The notes under the pieces were generated by a model. That model did not search any database. It was not told the origin of the DNA and saw only the letters and a program-made list of their open reading frames with translations. The translations under genes and the position numbers were made by a program. This document shows, piece after piece, positions 29,087 to 37,184 of a stretch of 64,000 nt of DNA. The DNA lies in the NCBI GenBank assembly GCA_003282155.1, contig QBZY01000001.1:172312-236311 (forward strand), given 5' to 3'. This DNA is from Pelagibacteraceae bacterium AG-337-I02. Lineage in GTDB: Bacteria; Pseudomonadota; Alphaproteobacteria; HIMB59; GCA-002718135. Numbering within the stretch: the stretch's first letter is position 1; every line of letters begins with the position of its first letter.

Positions 29087-29961
29087 TCTAAAAATTTTAA
29101 TTTGAATGCTACAGTTGTGTTTCTTAAAAGGCATGCAATTGTCATTGGCCCTACTCCTCCAGGCACTGGAGAGATTGCACTTACTTTATGTTCCACTTCA
29201 CTAAATAAAACATCACCTACCAATTTTGATTTCTCTTCATTTATCTTGATTCTATTGATACCCACATCGATAATAATAGCACCTTCATTTACCCAATCCT
29301 TATTTACAAACTCAGGTTTACCAATTGCTACTATTAAAATATCAGCTTTCTTGCAAATATTTTCAATATTTATAGTTTTTGAATGAACCGTCGTAACAGT
29401 ACAAGACTCTTTTAATAATAATTGTGCCATAGGTTTTCCAACTATATTTGATCTTCCGATAACGACAGCATTTTTACCAGCTAAATTAATATTAAGTTCT
29501 CTAAGAAGTAACAAACAGCCATAAGGAGTGCATGGTATCATTAGACTTTCATCATTCTTTTGACTTATTGAAAGTTTGCCAACATTTAAAGGATGAAATC
29601 CATCAGCATCTTTTTCAGGTGCTATACTATTTAAGACCAATTCTTCATTTATAGTTTTGGGCAAAGGTAGTTGGACAAGAATACCATTAACATCATCATT
29701 ATTGTTTAATTGATTAATTAAATTGATTAAATCGTTTTGATTTATGGATTCTTCTAGGTGATGATCAATTACATCAATCCCAACTTCTTTTGCAGCTTTT
29801 GTTTTAGCTTTTACATATACACTACTTGCAGCAACATTTCCTACTTGTATTACTGCTAGTCCAGGTACACGATCAGATTTTATTTTTATGTTTTCAATCT
29901 CAATTTTTAGTTTATTTTTTAATTTTTGAGCTATTTTTTTTCCATCTAATATATGTGGCAT
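29083..29961 (-). CDS. folD: Bifunctional methylenetetrahydrofolate dehydrogenase/methenyl-THF cyclohydrolase
   Basis: 292-aa ORF with GLAVIQVGN..AS.VYV..K, VQLPLP, VIGRSNIVGKPMA and PVPGGVGPMT. Confidence 0.95.
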   Translation of the reverse strand: MPHILDGKKIAQKLKNKLKIEIENIKIKSDRVPGLAVIQVGNVAASSVYVKAKTKAAKEVGIDVIDHHLEESINQNDLINLINQLNNNDDVNGILVQLPLPKTINEELVLNSIAPEKDADGFHPLNVGKLSISQKNDESLMIPCTPYGCLLLLRELNINLAGKNAVVIGRSNIVGKPMAQLLLKESCTVTTVHSKTINIENICKKADILIVAIGKPEFVNKDWVNEGAIIIDVGINRIKINEEKSKLVGDVLFSEVEHKVSAISPVPGGVGPMTIACLLRNTTVAFKLKFLD

Positions 29962-29963
29962 AA

Positions 29964-30245
29964 TTATCTAGGCCAATATTCAATTAATAAACTTTTCATA
30001 AACCACAAACCAAGATAAACAACTATTGGAGACAAATCTATAGCACCAAAAGTAGGTAAGTATCTTCTTACAAAATTTAAACTTGGCTCACATAATCGAT
30101 ATAAGGCATCAAGAATACTATAAACAAATCGATTACTAGTATTAATTATATTGAAGTTTACAAGCCAAGTTAGAACTATATAAATTATGAGAACAAACTG
30201 AAATAAGTTTATAATTTGAATAATTAAATATAAAAGTGAATTCAT
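29964..30245 (-). CDS. yggT: YggT family membrane protein
   Basis: 93-aa ORF with two TM helices. The LCEPSLNFVRRYLPTFGAIDLSPIV block is typical of YggT. Confidence 0.75.
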   Translation of the reverse strand: MNSLLYLIIQIINLFQFVLIIYIVLTWLVNFNIINTSNRFVYSILDALYRLCEPSLNFVRRYLPTFGAIDLSPIVVYLGLWFMKSLLIEYWPR

Positions 30246-30294
30246 TTTAAATTTTAATTTAATTTCTATTATGCATTATGGCTGTAATTTAATC

Positions 30295-30321
30295 AAAAAA
30301 AAAAGCGGTCTTTAAGACCGC
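30295..30321 (-). terminator. Rho-independent terminator downstream of the solute-binding protein gene
   Basis: The GC-rich stem GCGGTCT / AGACCGC (30305-30311 / 30315-30321) is followed on the minus strand by a T10 run (complement of 30295-30304). It lies 23 nt after the stop at 30344. Confidence 0.7.
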
Positions 30322-30343
30322 TATTATTAAAATAAAATTTGAT

Positions 30344-31177
30344 TTACATTGAGATATCTCTACCAAACCACTCTTTGGTTATTTCAGCAGTAGTACCATC
30401 TTTAGACATTTCTGTAATAGCAGCATTCCACATCTCTAAGATATCCGTATCTTCTTTTCTAACTGCTCCGCCAACACCATCACCGAAGACTCCACCTGAA
30501 AAAGTTGGGCCTGTAAATGCAACATCAACACCACCATTTGACTCCATAAAATCAATAATTGATCCTACATCAGCTAGAACCGCATCACATCTTCCAGCAG
30601 CTAAATCTAAATTGTGATCGTCAACTGCTTGATACAGTTTAACATCGACCGCACCAGACATATGTTTTTCTAAAAAGTTTTGGTGAATTGTGGAAGACTG
30701 AACACAAACAGTTTTACCATCCATTGCAGCAATTAATTGGCCTATTGCAGCTTGTTCTTTTCCACCTGCATTATTAAGATTAACTTTAGCCATACCTGCA
30801 ATATTTAAATTTGCTAATCCACTATTTTTTAAAACAGCAAATCTTGCACCATCTGTCATATATCCAGTAGTAAAATTAACTTTTTCTTTTCTTTCTTCGG
30901 TAATAGACATTCCAGCAATAATAATGTCATATTTGCCTTGAAGAAGGGCAGGTATTATACCATCCCAATCCTGAGTTACCCACTCACAAGTAACACCCAT
31001 GCGCTCACAAGCTTCATTACCAAAATCTATTTCAGCACCTTCTAGCTCACCTGCAGAGTTAAGATTATTCCATGGTGGATAAGCACCTTCTGTACCAATT
31101 CTTATTGTTTGTGAATTTGCAATTGAAGCAACTCCAAAAATACCAATTGATAATAAGTATATTAAAATTTTTTTCAC
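30344..31177 (-). CDS. ABC transporter periplasmic amino-acid-binding protein (family 3; LAO/octopine-type)
   Basis: 277-aa ORF with a signal peptide, IRIGTEGAYPPWN, DWDGIIPALLQGKYDIIIAGMSIT and a C-terminal WFG. A strong SD (AAGGAGGAAATG) sits upstream. Confidence 0.85.
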   Translation of the reverse strand: MKKILIYLLSIGIFGVASIANSQTIRIGTEGAYPPWNNLNSAGELEGAEIDFGNEACERMGVTCEWVTQDWDGIIPALLQGKYDIIIAGMSITEERKEKVNFTTGYMTDGARFAVLKNSGLANLNIAGMAKVNLNNAGGKEQAAIGQLIAAMDGKTVCVQSSTIHQNFLEKHMSGAVDVKLYQAVDDHNLDLAAGRCDAVLADVGSIIDFMESNGGVDVAFTGPTFSGGVFGDGVGGAVRKEDTDILEMWNAAITEMSKDGTTAEITKEWFGRDISM

Positions 31178-31253
31178 ATTTCCTCCTTGAAGAAGTATTT
31201 CTAAATTATAGGTGAACCATATAAGCTAAATAAAAAAAAACAAAATAAATTGT

Positions 31254-31640
31254 TCAGGCCTTGTTTCCTTTGCTCTTAATTAATACAAAAAACAAGCCAA
31301 TTATTAGCAATATAAAAGGGAAACTCCAAAGAAAGACATTATTATAATTCATTAATGGTCTAAAAAGAATATATTCACCATATCTTTTAACTAAAAATTT
31401 CTTAATTTCCCGCTCACTTTCCCCTTCTTGCAACTTATTTCTAACTATTTTTTTAATATCATTTGAGAATTCAGCATCTGAGTCATAAATACTTTGGTTT
31501 TGACAAGTCATACATCGTAACTCTAAGGTTAAATTTTTTACTCTTTCATTGATATTTTCAACTGCATATATTTTGAAGGTAAAAAACATAAAACTCAAAA
31601 TTACTAAATGTAAACTTCTAAAGAAGTGGCTCAATTTCAT
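31254..31640 (-). CDS. ccmH: Cytochrome c-type biogenesis protein CcmH
   Basis: 128-aa ORF with LRCMTCQNQSIYDSDA (the CcmH CxxC motif) and a C-terminal TM helix. Confidence 0.8.
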   Translation of the reverse strand: MKLSHFFRSLHLVILSFMFFTFKIYAVENINERVKNLTLELRCMTCQNQSIYDSDAEFSNDIKKIVRNKLQEGESEREIKKFLVKRYGEYILFRPLMNYNNVFLWSFPFILLIIGLFFVLIKSKGNKA

Positions 31641-32142
31641 TTTTTAAAATATCCTTAGTTATTGGGCCCATGTATTTGTAGATAATCACACCATCTTCAT
31701 TAATTATATATGTTTCTGGCAAACCAAAAACACCAAACTCCAAAGCAATTAATCCATCCGAGTCCACACCAACAAAATCATATGGGTTTCCATCATTCTC
31801 CAAATATTTTTTAGCATCTAAAGTTGGATCTTTGTGATTAAATCCCAACAAATATAATTCTGGGTATTTTTTTTGTATTTCAAAAAAAAGTGGATGCTCT
31901 ATTTTACAAGGACTACACCAAGAAGCAAAAAAATTGATCAAGGTTTTTTTATTTTTTATATCTATTGTTTTGATTATTTCCTTTGCATTATACAAAGAAC
32001 TACTTTCAAAATTAGGAACATCTTCATTTAAGAGTGCACTCGGAGGTTTATTAGGATCTTTACCACTTAATAAATAAGTTAGTGAAAAAATACATATTAT
32101 TAAAAGTATAATTAAAGGTGTTAAAATTATTATTCTATTCAT
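31618..32142 (-). CDS. ccmG: Thiol:disulfide interchange protein CcmG/DsbE
   Basis: It has a thioredoxin fold with WCSPC and a GVFGLPETY block. I chose the start at the ATG at 32142, which gives MNRIIILTPLI... with an ATGA overlap on the ccmF stop. The ORF-track start at 32196 would overlap ccmF by 58 nt. Confidence 0.85.
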   Translation of the reverse strand: MNRIIILTPLIILLIICIFSLTYLLSGKDPNKPPSALLNEDVPNFESSSLYNAKEIIKTIDIKNKKTLINFFASWCSPCKIEHPLFFEIQKKYPELYLLGFNHKDPTLDAKKYLENDGNPYDFVGVDSDGLIALEFGVFGLPETYIINEDGVIIYKYMGPITKDILKNEIEPLL

Positions 32143-34001
32143 CTTTTTGTAACTGCTATTAAACCTGAATACATCATTATTATTACTCCAAGCCATATAA
32201 AACTAACAAATGGGTTAATTAAAACTTTTACAAACCACTCATTATTTTTTTGATCACCAAGGATGAAATATATATCCTTATTCCATTGATGTAAAATACC
32301 AGCTTCAGATGTTATCATTTTAGACACAGGATAATAATTCTTTCCAGCCTCTATTTTTTTTGATTGCTTTTTTTCAATATCAAATAAGAACTTTCCCCTT
32401 AAGGCTTGGAAATTGATTTGATTAGTAGTTTCTACTTCCTCAAACAAAACCGTTTTCCCATTTACTTTAAACACATCTCCCTCACTAAGATTAAAATCTA
32501 ACTCATTTTGAAAAATGCTGGAGCTAGTTATACCAATTATAGCAATTCCAACTCCAATATGTGCTATATGAGGATTAATTATTTTGAAATACTTAATACC
32601 AAGTATAACTTTATATGAAGAAAATATTGCAATAATTGAGGCTAATATTATCCAAAAACCTAAAAGTAATCCAACAAAACCCCATGTATTAAAATCTAAA
32701 AAATATGATTGAATTAAAACTAAAATACTTAAGATAATAAAACTTAAAACATATTTTTTTGAATTATTTATTTTATTTGTTTGCCAAGATAAAATTGGCG
32801 CAATACTCATTAATAAAAAACCAGGTATCATTATAGGAATTACTGTTGAATTAAAATAAGGACCTCCAACTGATATTCTTTTATTATACAAAACTTCAAT
32901 TATAATTGGGTATATAGTTCCTAAAAGAATAGTTAAGGTTGCTATAATCATTAAAATATTATTTATTACAAGTGCTGAAACCTTATTTATAAATAATAAG
33001 TTTAAAGTATTTGATTTTTTTGGTTCTTTTAATAAGAAAACTAAGAAACCAAATCCAGTTATAATAAAAAAAATTAGCAATATAAATATACCTCTAGAAG
33101 CATCAGCTGCAAAAGAATGTACACTTGTAAGAATTCCAGATCTTACCAAAAATGTTCCAAATACACTTAATGAAAAACATAAAATTGATAAAAAAACTAT
33201 CCATTTTTTAATAGCTTGTTCACCTCTCACCATCATAAGAGAGTGAACTAATGCAAGTCCAGCTATCCAAGGCATAAGTGAAATATTTTCGACTGGATCC
33301 CAAAACCACCAACCACCCCAACCTAATTCATAATATGCCCAATATGAACCCAGAGCTATTCCACCAGTTAAAAAAGTCCAACTAATTAATGACCATTTTT
33401 TTGCAACATAAAGCCATTCATCATCTGTATTTTGAAATAAACCAGCAATTGCTATACTGAAAACTATCGAATAACCAACATAGCCAGCATACAAAATTGG
33501 TGGATGAATAGCTAATCCAGGATCTTGTAAAATAGGATTTAAACCTAAACCCTCGTTAACTAATATTGAGTTAACAAGAAAAGGATTAGAGGTAAAAACT
33601 ATAAAGAGACCAAACAAAATATGAAGAAATGCTTGAATAATCAAAGTTAATTTTTTAAAATTATCTTCTATATTTTTAGTAAAAGAAAAAAAGAAGCTAA
33701 AAATAGATAATATGCTAAGCCACAAAAGCATTGAGCCTTCATGATTTCCCCAAGTTCCTGAAATTTTATAAATTATTGGTTTATCTGAATGAGAGTTTTG
33801 AAAAACATTATAGTTTGAAAAATCTGATGTAATATAAGCATACATTAATGAAAAAAAAGATAATAAGGTTAATATGGAAGACAGGCGGATAAAAAAATTA
33901 AACCTCTGCTTTTTAGATTTAAATATATATATTGATAATAATATGTAAAAGTTAATACATATGGAAAAAACCAAGCTTAAAAAACCAACTAATGAGCTCA
34001 T
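32139..34001 (-). CDS. ccmF: Cytochrome c-type biogenesis protein CcmF (haem lyase subunit)
   Basis: 620-aa polytopic membrane protein with the WWD-type motif WGGWWFWDPVEN. Confidence 0.9.
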   Translation of the reverse strand: MSSLVGFLSLVFSICINFYILLSIYIFKSKKQRFNFFIRLSSILTLLSFFSLMYAYITSDFSNYNVFQNSHSDKPIIYKISGTWGNHEGSMLLWLSILSIFSFFFSFTKNIEDNFKKLTLIIQAFLHILFGLFIVFTSNPFLVNSILVNEGLGLNPILQDPGLAIHPPILYAGYVGYSIVFSIAIAGLFQNTDDEWLYVAKKWSLISWTFLTGGIALGSYWAYYELGWGGWWFWDPVENISLMPWIAGLALVHSLMMVRGEQAIKKWIVFLSILCFSLSVFGTFLVRSGILTSVHSFAADASRGIFILLIFFIITGFGFLVFLLKEPKKSNTLNLLFINKVSALVINNILMIIATLTILLGTIYPIIIEVLYNKRISVGGPYFNSTVIPIMIPGFLLMSIAPILSWQTNKINNSKKYVLSFIILSILVLIQSYFLDFNTWGFVGLLLGFWIILASIIAIFSSYKVILGIKYFKIINPHIAHIGVGIAIIGITSSSIFQNELDFNLSEGDVFKVNGKTVLFEEVETTNQINFQALRGKFLFDIEKKQSKKIEAGKNYYPVSKMITSEAGILHQWNKDIYFILGDQKNNEWFVKVLINPFVSFIWLGVIIMMYSGLIAVTKR

Positions 34002-34438
34002 TTATATTTTTTATTCCAATAACCTGTATCTTTTAGATCTTCTTTGATCGATGCTGGCATATAATTCTCATCATGTTTTGCAAAAACATTTGTTGCATTA
34101 AAAATATTACTATCACTAAAAGCGCCTTCTATCACTGCACCTTGTCCTTCTCTAAATAAATCAGGAAGAATTCCCTTAAAAGTAACAAGTATAGATGCTT
34201 TTTCATCTGTAATTTTAAATATAAATGAACTTGAAGAAATTTTATTAAAACTATCATTTTCAACAAAACCACCTATTCTCATTACTTTATCTATTATAAT
34301 TTCTGACTTTTCAATTTCAGAGGGTGTATAAAAATATGACACATTTTCTCTAGTGTTATATAAAATTAATAAAACAGCACTTAGTATTATAACCAAGGTA
34401 AGCAAGATTAGGAGTAATCTTTGAAACCGTAAACTCAT
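33998..34438 (-). CDS. ccmE: Cytochrome c maturation haem chaperone CcmE
   Basis: 146-aa ORF with an N-terminal anchor, RIGGFV, GILPDLFREGQG and the haem-binding AKHDENYMP. Confidence 0.9.
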   Translation of the reverse strand: MSLRFQRLLLILLTLVIILSAVLLILYNTRENVSYFYTPSEIEKSEIIIDKVMRIGGFVENDSFNKISSSSFIFKITDEKASILVTFKGILPDLFREGQGAVIEGAFSDSNIFNATNVFAKHDENYMPASIKEDLKDTGYWNKKYK

Positions 34439-34539
34439 TTATTTTTTATTCTTCTAAATTTCAAGTAACTAAAAAATAACAGCAAAAAAATCAAAATAAA
34501 TGCTGTAATATAAGATCCTAAAATATACCAAAAATACAT
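34435..34539 (-). CDS. ccmD: Haem exporter protein CcmD (34-aa small ORF, absent from the ORF track)
   Basis: Hand translation of the minus strand from the ATG (complement of 34537-34539) gives MYFWYILGSYITAFILIFLLLFFSYLKFRRIKNK. This is a single TM helix plus a basic tail. The stop TGA overlaps the ccmE ATG (ATGA), and the position between ccmC and ccmE is the canonical ccmD slot. Confidence 0.55.
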   Translation of the reverse strand: MYFWYILGSYITAFILIFLLLFFSYLKFRRIKNK

Positions 34540-34600
34540 ACTTTTTAATAACAAAAATATTTAGGAATGATACTTAATCCAATGGACTAAAAGTCACAAA

Positions 34601-35299
34601 TTAACTTAGATTTAATTTTCTTGAAATAATCTCTGTTTTTATTCTTAAAATAGCTATAGCTATTCCAATCATCATAAATGCAAATGTCATTATGATTAAA
34701 GGGGTCATCATTGAAGGGTCAATGCTGGGTTTTGATAATTTACTTATTGTTGCAGTTTGATGCAGAGTATTCCACCAATCTACTGAAAATTTAACTATTG
34801 GTAGGTTTACAGATCCAACGAGAATAAATATTGCAACAACTTTCTCCTTTATAACCCTATTTTCAAAAGACAAATTTATAAAAATAACTATTAGATAAAC
34901 GATAAAAAGAATTGCAACAGAAGTCAAACGTGCATCCCATACCCACCAGGTACCCCACATTGGCTTTCCCCACAAAGATCCACTTATTATACACACTAAT
35001 GTAAAGACCGCCCCTATTGGAGCTACTGCAGTATTAATTATAAAACCAAAAGGTATTCTAAAAGCAAGTGCAGCAATACTATATATAGTCATTATAGCAT
35101 AAGTAAGAAGAGCCAACCAAGCACTTGGAACATGTATATACATTATTCGTACAGTTGATCCTTGTTGGTAATCATCAGGTGATAAATAAAAAGAAAATAA
35201 CAATCCTAAAGAAAACAATATGATTGACAAAACCAAAACTGGTTTAAATAAATAGTTAGAAACTTTATTAAATTTATTAGGATTAACTAAAAACTTCAT
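34601..35299 (-). CDS. ccmC: Haem exporter protein CcmC
   Basis: 232-aa membrane protein with the WWD motif WGKPMWGTWWVWDARLTS. Confidence 0.9.
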   Translation of the reverse strand: MKFLVNPNKFNKVSNYLFKPVLVLSIILFSLGLLFSFYLSPDDYQQGSTVRIMYIHVPSAWLALLTYAIMTIYSIAALAFRIPFGFIINTAVAPIGAVFTLVCIISGSLWGKPMWGTWWVWDARLTSVAILFIVYLIVIFINLSFENRVIKEKVVAIFILVGSVNLPIVKFSVDWWNTLHQTATISKLSKPSIDPSMMTPLIIMTFAFMMIGIAIAILRIKTEIISRKLNLS

Positions 35300-35300
35300 A

Positions 35301-35972
35301 TCAATTATTTTCTAATGAAAGTTTAAGACAAAATCCACTAGCCCATGGATTTATAACAAAAATTATTAACAATATTCCAAATAATATATTTATTAGAGAA
35401 TTAAAGTCCTCCTCTAAATTAATAAGCCCAACTGAAAAAATAACCACAGGTACACTGAAGATCATAACAATTACGCTACCCAATAAGAAGTTTCTTTGGT
35501 TCATTAGATTCATTGAAGAAGAAATTGAGCCCAAGCAGGATAAAATTAAAGATCCTATAGAAAAGCTTGCAAACAGATAAAAAGCTTTATCGTTTGTAAT
35601 ATTTAGTAAGATGGAAGCAATTGGTATTGTTATTAAGAAAGGTATTTGTACAAAAATAAAATGTGAAATTGTCTTCAAGATAGCAATTAGTCCGTAACTG
35701 AAACCATTTAAATGCATAATTAATAAATTACCATTTTCAAAATCTTCTTGATAAAATTTTCTCAAAGATAAAGTTGAGCTTAACAACAATAATGTCCATA
35801 GTATGCCCACCCCTATAAGAGAAATAGTGTCCGTATCTGGTCCAATAGAGAAAATAAATATAAATATTGATACAAAAAAGAAAATAATATTTGTTAAAAT
35901 ATCTTGAACACCACTAAGATTTAATTTGTATTCTCTGTAAAAAAAGAAAATTATTTTATTTAAGAATTTCAT
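35301..35972 (-). CDS. ccmB: Haem exporter membrane protein CcmB
   Basis: 223-aa ORF with about 6 TM helices, positioned between ccmA and ccmC. Confidence 0.8.
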   Translation of the reverse strand: MKFLNKIIFFFYREYKLNLSGVQDILTNIIFFFVSIFIFIFSIGPDTDTISLIGVGILWTLLLLSSTLSLRKFYQEDFENGNLLIMHLNGFSYGLIAILKTISHFIFVQIPFLITIPIASILLNITNDKAFYLFASFSIGSLILSCLGSISSSMNLMNQRNFLLGSVIVMIFSVPVVIFSVGLINLEEDFNSLINILFGILLIIFVINPWASGFCLKLSLENN

Positions 35973-35977
35973 AATAT

Positions 35978-36583
35978 TTATAAGTTAATTTCTTCTGTAA
36001 CATAAATTCCTGGATTTTGATGTGAACTAAAAATTATAGAGCCTTCTTTAGCAACATGGTCTTCAAAAGTTTGTTTGATTAGTTCAACTGAATCTTCATC
36101 TAAACTTGAAAGAGGCTCATCTAAGATCCAAATTTTTTTATTTTCTATGATTAATCTCAAAAATTCTAATTTTTTAGTTTCCCCAAAAGATAATATACCA
36201 ACTTTGTGATTCAAATAATTTTCTAATTTTAAGTTTTTTATAGCAGTTTCAATTTGAGAATTATTTATATTTGATAAAAAAATTTTATTCCAAATATTAA
36301 TATTATCTTTGACTGTTAATTTTGTTAAACTTGATGTTTTATCAGCAATATAAGTAACGTGTTTATAGAAATCATATAAATTTTTTTTTAATAACTTACC
36401 TTTCCAATATATTGATCCAGATGATGGTTCTATGATATTTAAAATAGTTTTTAATAATGTAGTCTTACCAGAACCATTTCTACCTTTTAAAATAGTAATA
36501 TTTCCAGAAGTAAGAGATAGATTAATATTTTCAAATATTTTCTTGTCTAATCTTTCTACTGATAAATCTTTAACAATTATCAT
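35978..36583 (-). CDS. ccmA: Haem exporter ATP-binding protein CcmA
   Basis: 201-aa ORF with Walker A GRNGSGKTTLLK, an ABC-signature-like LSFGETKK and Walker B WILDEP. Confidence 0.85.
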   Translation of the reverse strand: MIIVKDLSVERLDKKIFENINLSLTSGNITILKGRNGSGKTTLLKTILNIIEPSSGSIYWKGKLLKKNLYDFYKHVTYIADKTSSLTKLTVKDNINIWNKIFLSNINNSQIETAIKNLKLENYLNHKVGILSFGETKKLEFLRLIIENKKIWILDEPLSSLDEDSVELIKQTFEDHVAKEGSIIFSSHQNPGIYVTEEINL

Positions 36584-36616
36584 TACTAAGATCTAATTAC
36601 TTTTTGGTTTAAAACA

Positions 36617-36643
36617 ATAAAAAAAACGGGGCATAACCCCGTT
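36617..36643 (-). terminator. Rho-independent terminator downstream of the lysine-rich mini-gene
   Basis: The GC-rich stem AACGGGG / CCCCGTT (36625-36631 / 36637-36643) has a 5-nt loop and is followed on the minus strand by a run of about 8 T. It is the only GC-rich element in this spacer. Two weaker AT-rich hairpins lie between it and the stop codon. Confidence 0.7.
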
Positions 36644-36711
36644 TTATCTTTTGAAAAAGATAAGAAAAAGAAAACTTTAAATTAAAGTTTTCTTGAAAAA
36701 GTGCAGTATTA

Positions 36712-36885
36712 CTATCTTTTCTTTTTCTTCTTTTTAGCAGCTTTTTTCTTTTTCTTAGGAGCTGCTTTTTTCTTTTTCTTAGGAGCAGCTTTTTTCTTTT
36801 TCTTTTTAGGAGCTGCTTTTTTCTTTTTCTTAGGAGCTGCTTTTTTCTTTTTCTTTGGAGCAGCTTTCTTTTTCTTCTTAGCCAT
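36712..36885 (-). CDS. 57-aa extremely lysine-rich protein with AAPKKKKK tandem repeats (histone H1-tail-like; function unknown)
   Basis: I take the start at the internal ATG (complement of 36883-36885). It is preceded by AGGAG at a spacing of 6 nt (AGGAGTATTTTATG). The product is MAKKKKKAAPKKKKKAAPKKKKKAAPKKKKKKAAPKKKKKAAPKKKKKAAKKKKKKR (37 K, 13 A, 5 P by count). A terminator follows the gene. The longer 87-aa ORF-track version adds a non-repetitive leader with no SD. Confidence 0.55.
   Translation of the reverse strand: MAKKKKKAAPKKKKKAAPKKKKKAAPKKKKKKAAPKKKKKAAPKKKKKAAKKKKKKR
36736..36879. repeat. Tandem 24-nt coding repeat (five full units, one expanded to 27 nt, plus a partial unit)
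   Basis: On the plus strand the units read aggagc[t/a]gcttttttctttttctt at 36757-36780, 36781-36807 (27 nt), 36808-36831, 36832-36855 and 36856-36879 (variant tggagcagc...). A related unit lacking the Pro codon lies at 36736-36756. Confidence 0.9.
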
Positions 36886-37184
36886 AAAATACTCCTTGTA
36901 TTTTGTTACCCCGGAGGAACCTCCCTCCATTACCACAAAGGTGATAATTATAAAAGGCTGAGTATTTATTCCCAAAACTTACGGTTAAAGTCAACAATAT
37001 ACCTATATTTTAAAACTAATTTAAATCAAAATTTAAATCACAATTTTTTAAAAATCTTAATATAAAAAAATTAATAACTTGTTTTTTTATTTTTTCCCAG
37101 AAAACTAATAATAAATAAACATTTTGCTATACAAAAATTTATCTTCATACTATTTAATTATTATAATAATTTATTAATTTTAGT

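Noticed and set aside
32143-32196. The longer ccmG start (MAWSNNNDVFRFNSSYKK...), which overlaps ccmF by 58 nt.
   Set aside because: The internal ATG at 32142 gives a typical signal-anchor N-terminus and an ATGA stop/start overlap with ccmF, consistent with the other junctions in this operon.
36701-36961. A plus-strand 86-aa ORF encoding poly-Phe/Ala/Gly (MQYYYLFFFFFLAAFFFFLGAAFFFF...).
   Set aside because: It is the antisense mirror of the lysine-rich repeat, since AAA/AAG read backwards gives TTT/CTT. It uses a GTG start and has no SD. The SD and terminator signals are on the minus strand.
36886-36975. The N-terminal 30-aa extension (MGINTQPFIIITFVVMEGGSSGVTKYKEYF) of the lysine-rich ORF, as listed in the ORF track.
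   Set aside because: The AGGAG Shine-Dalgarno lies inside this extension, directly upstream of the internal ATG at 36885. The extension has no SD of its own and has an unrelated composition.
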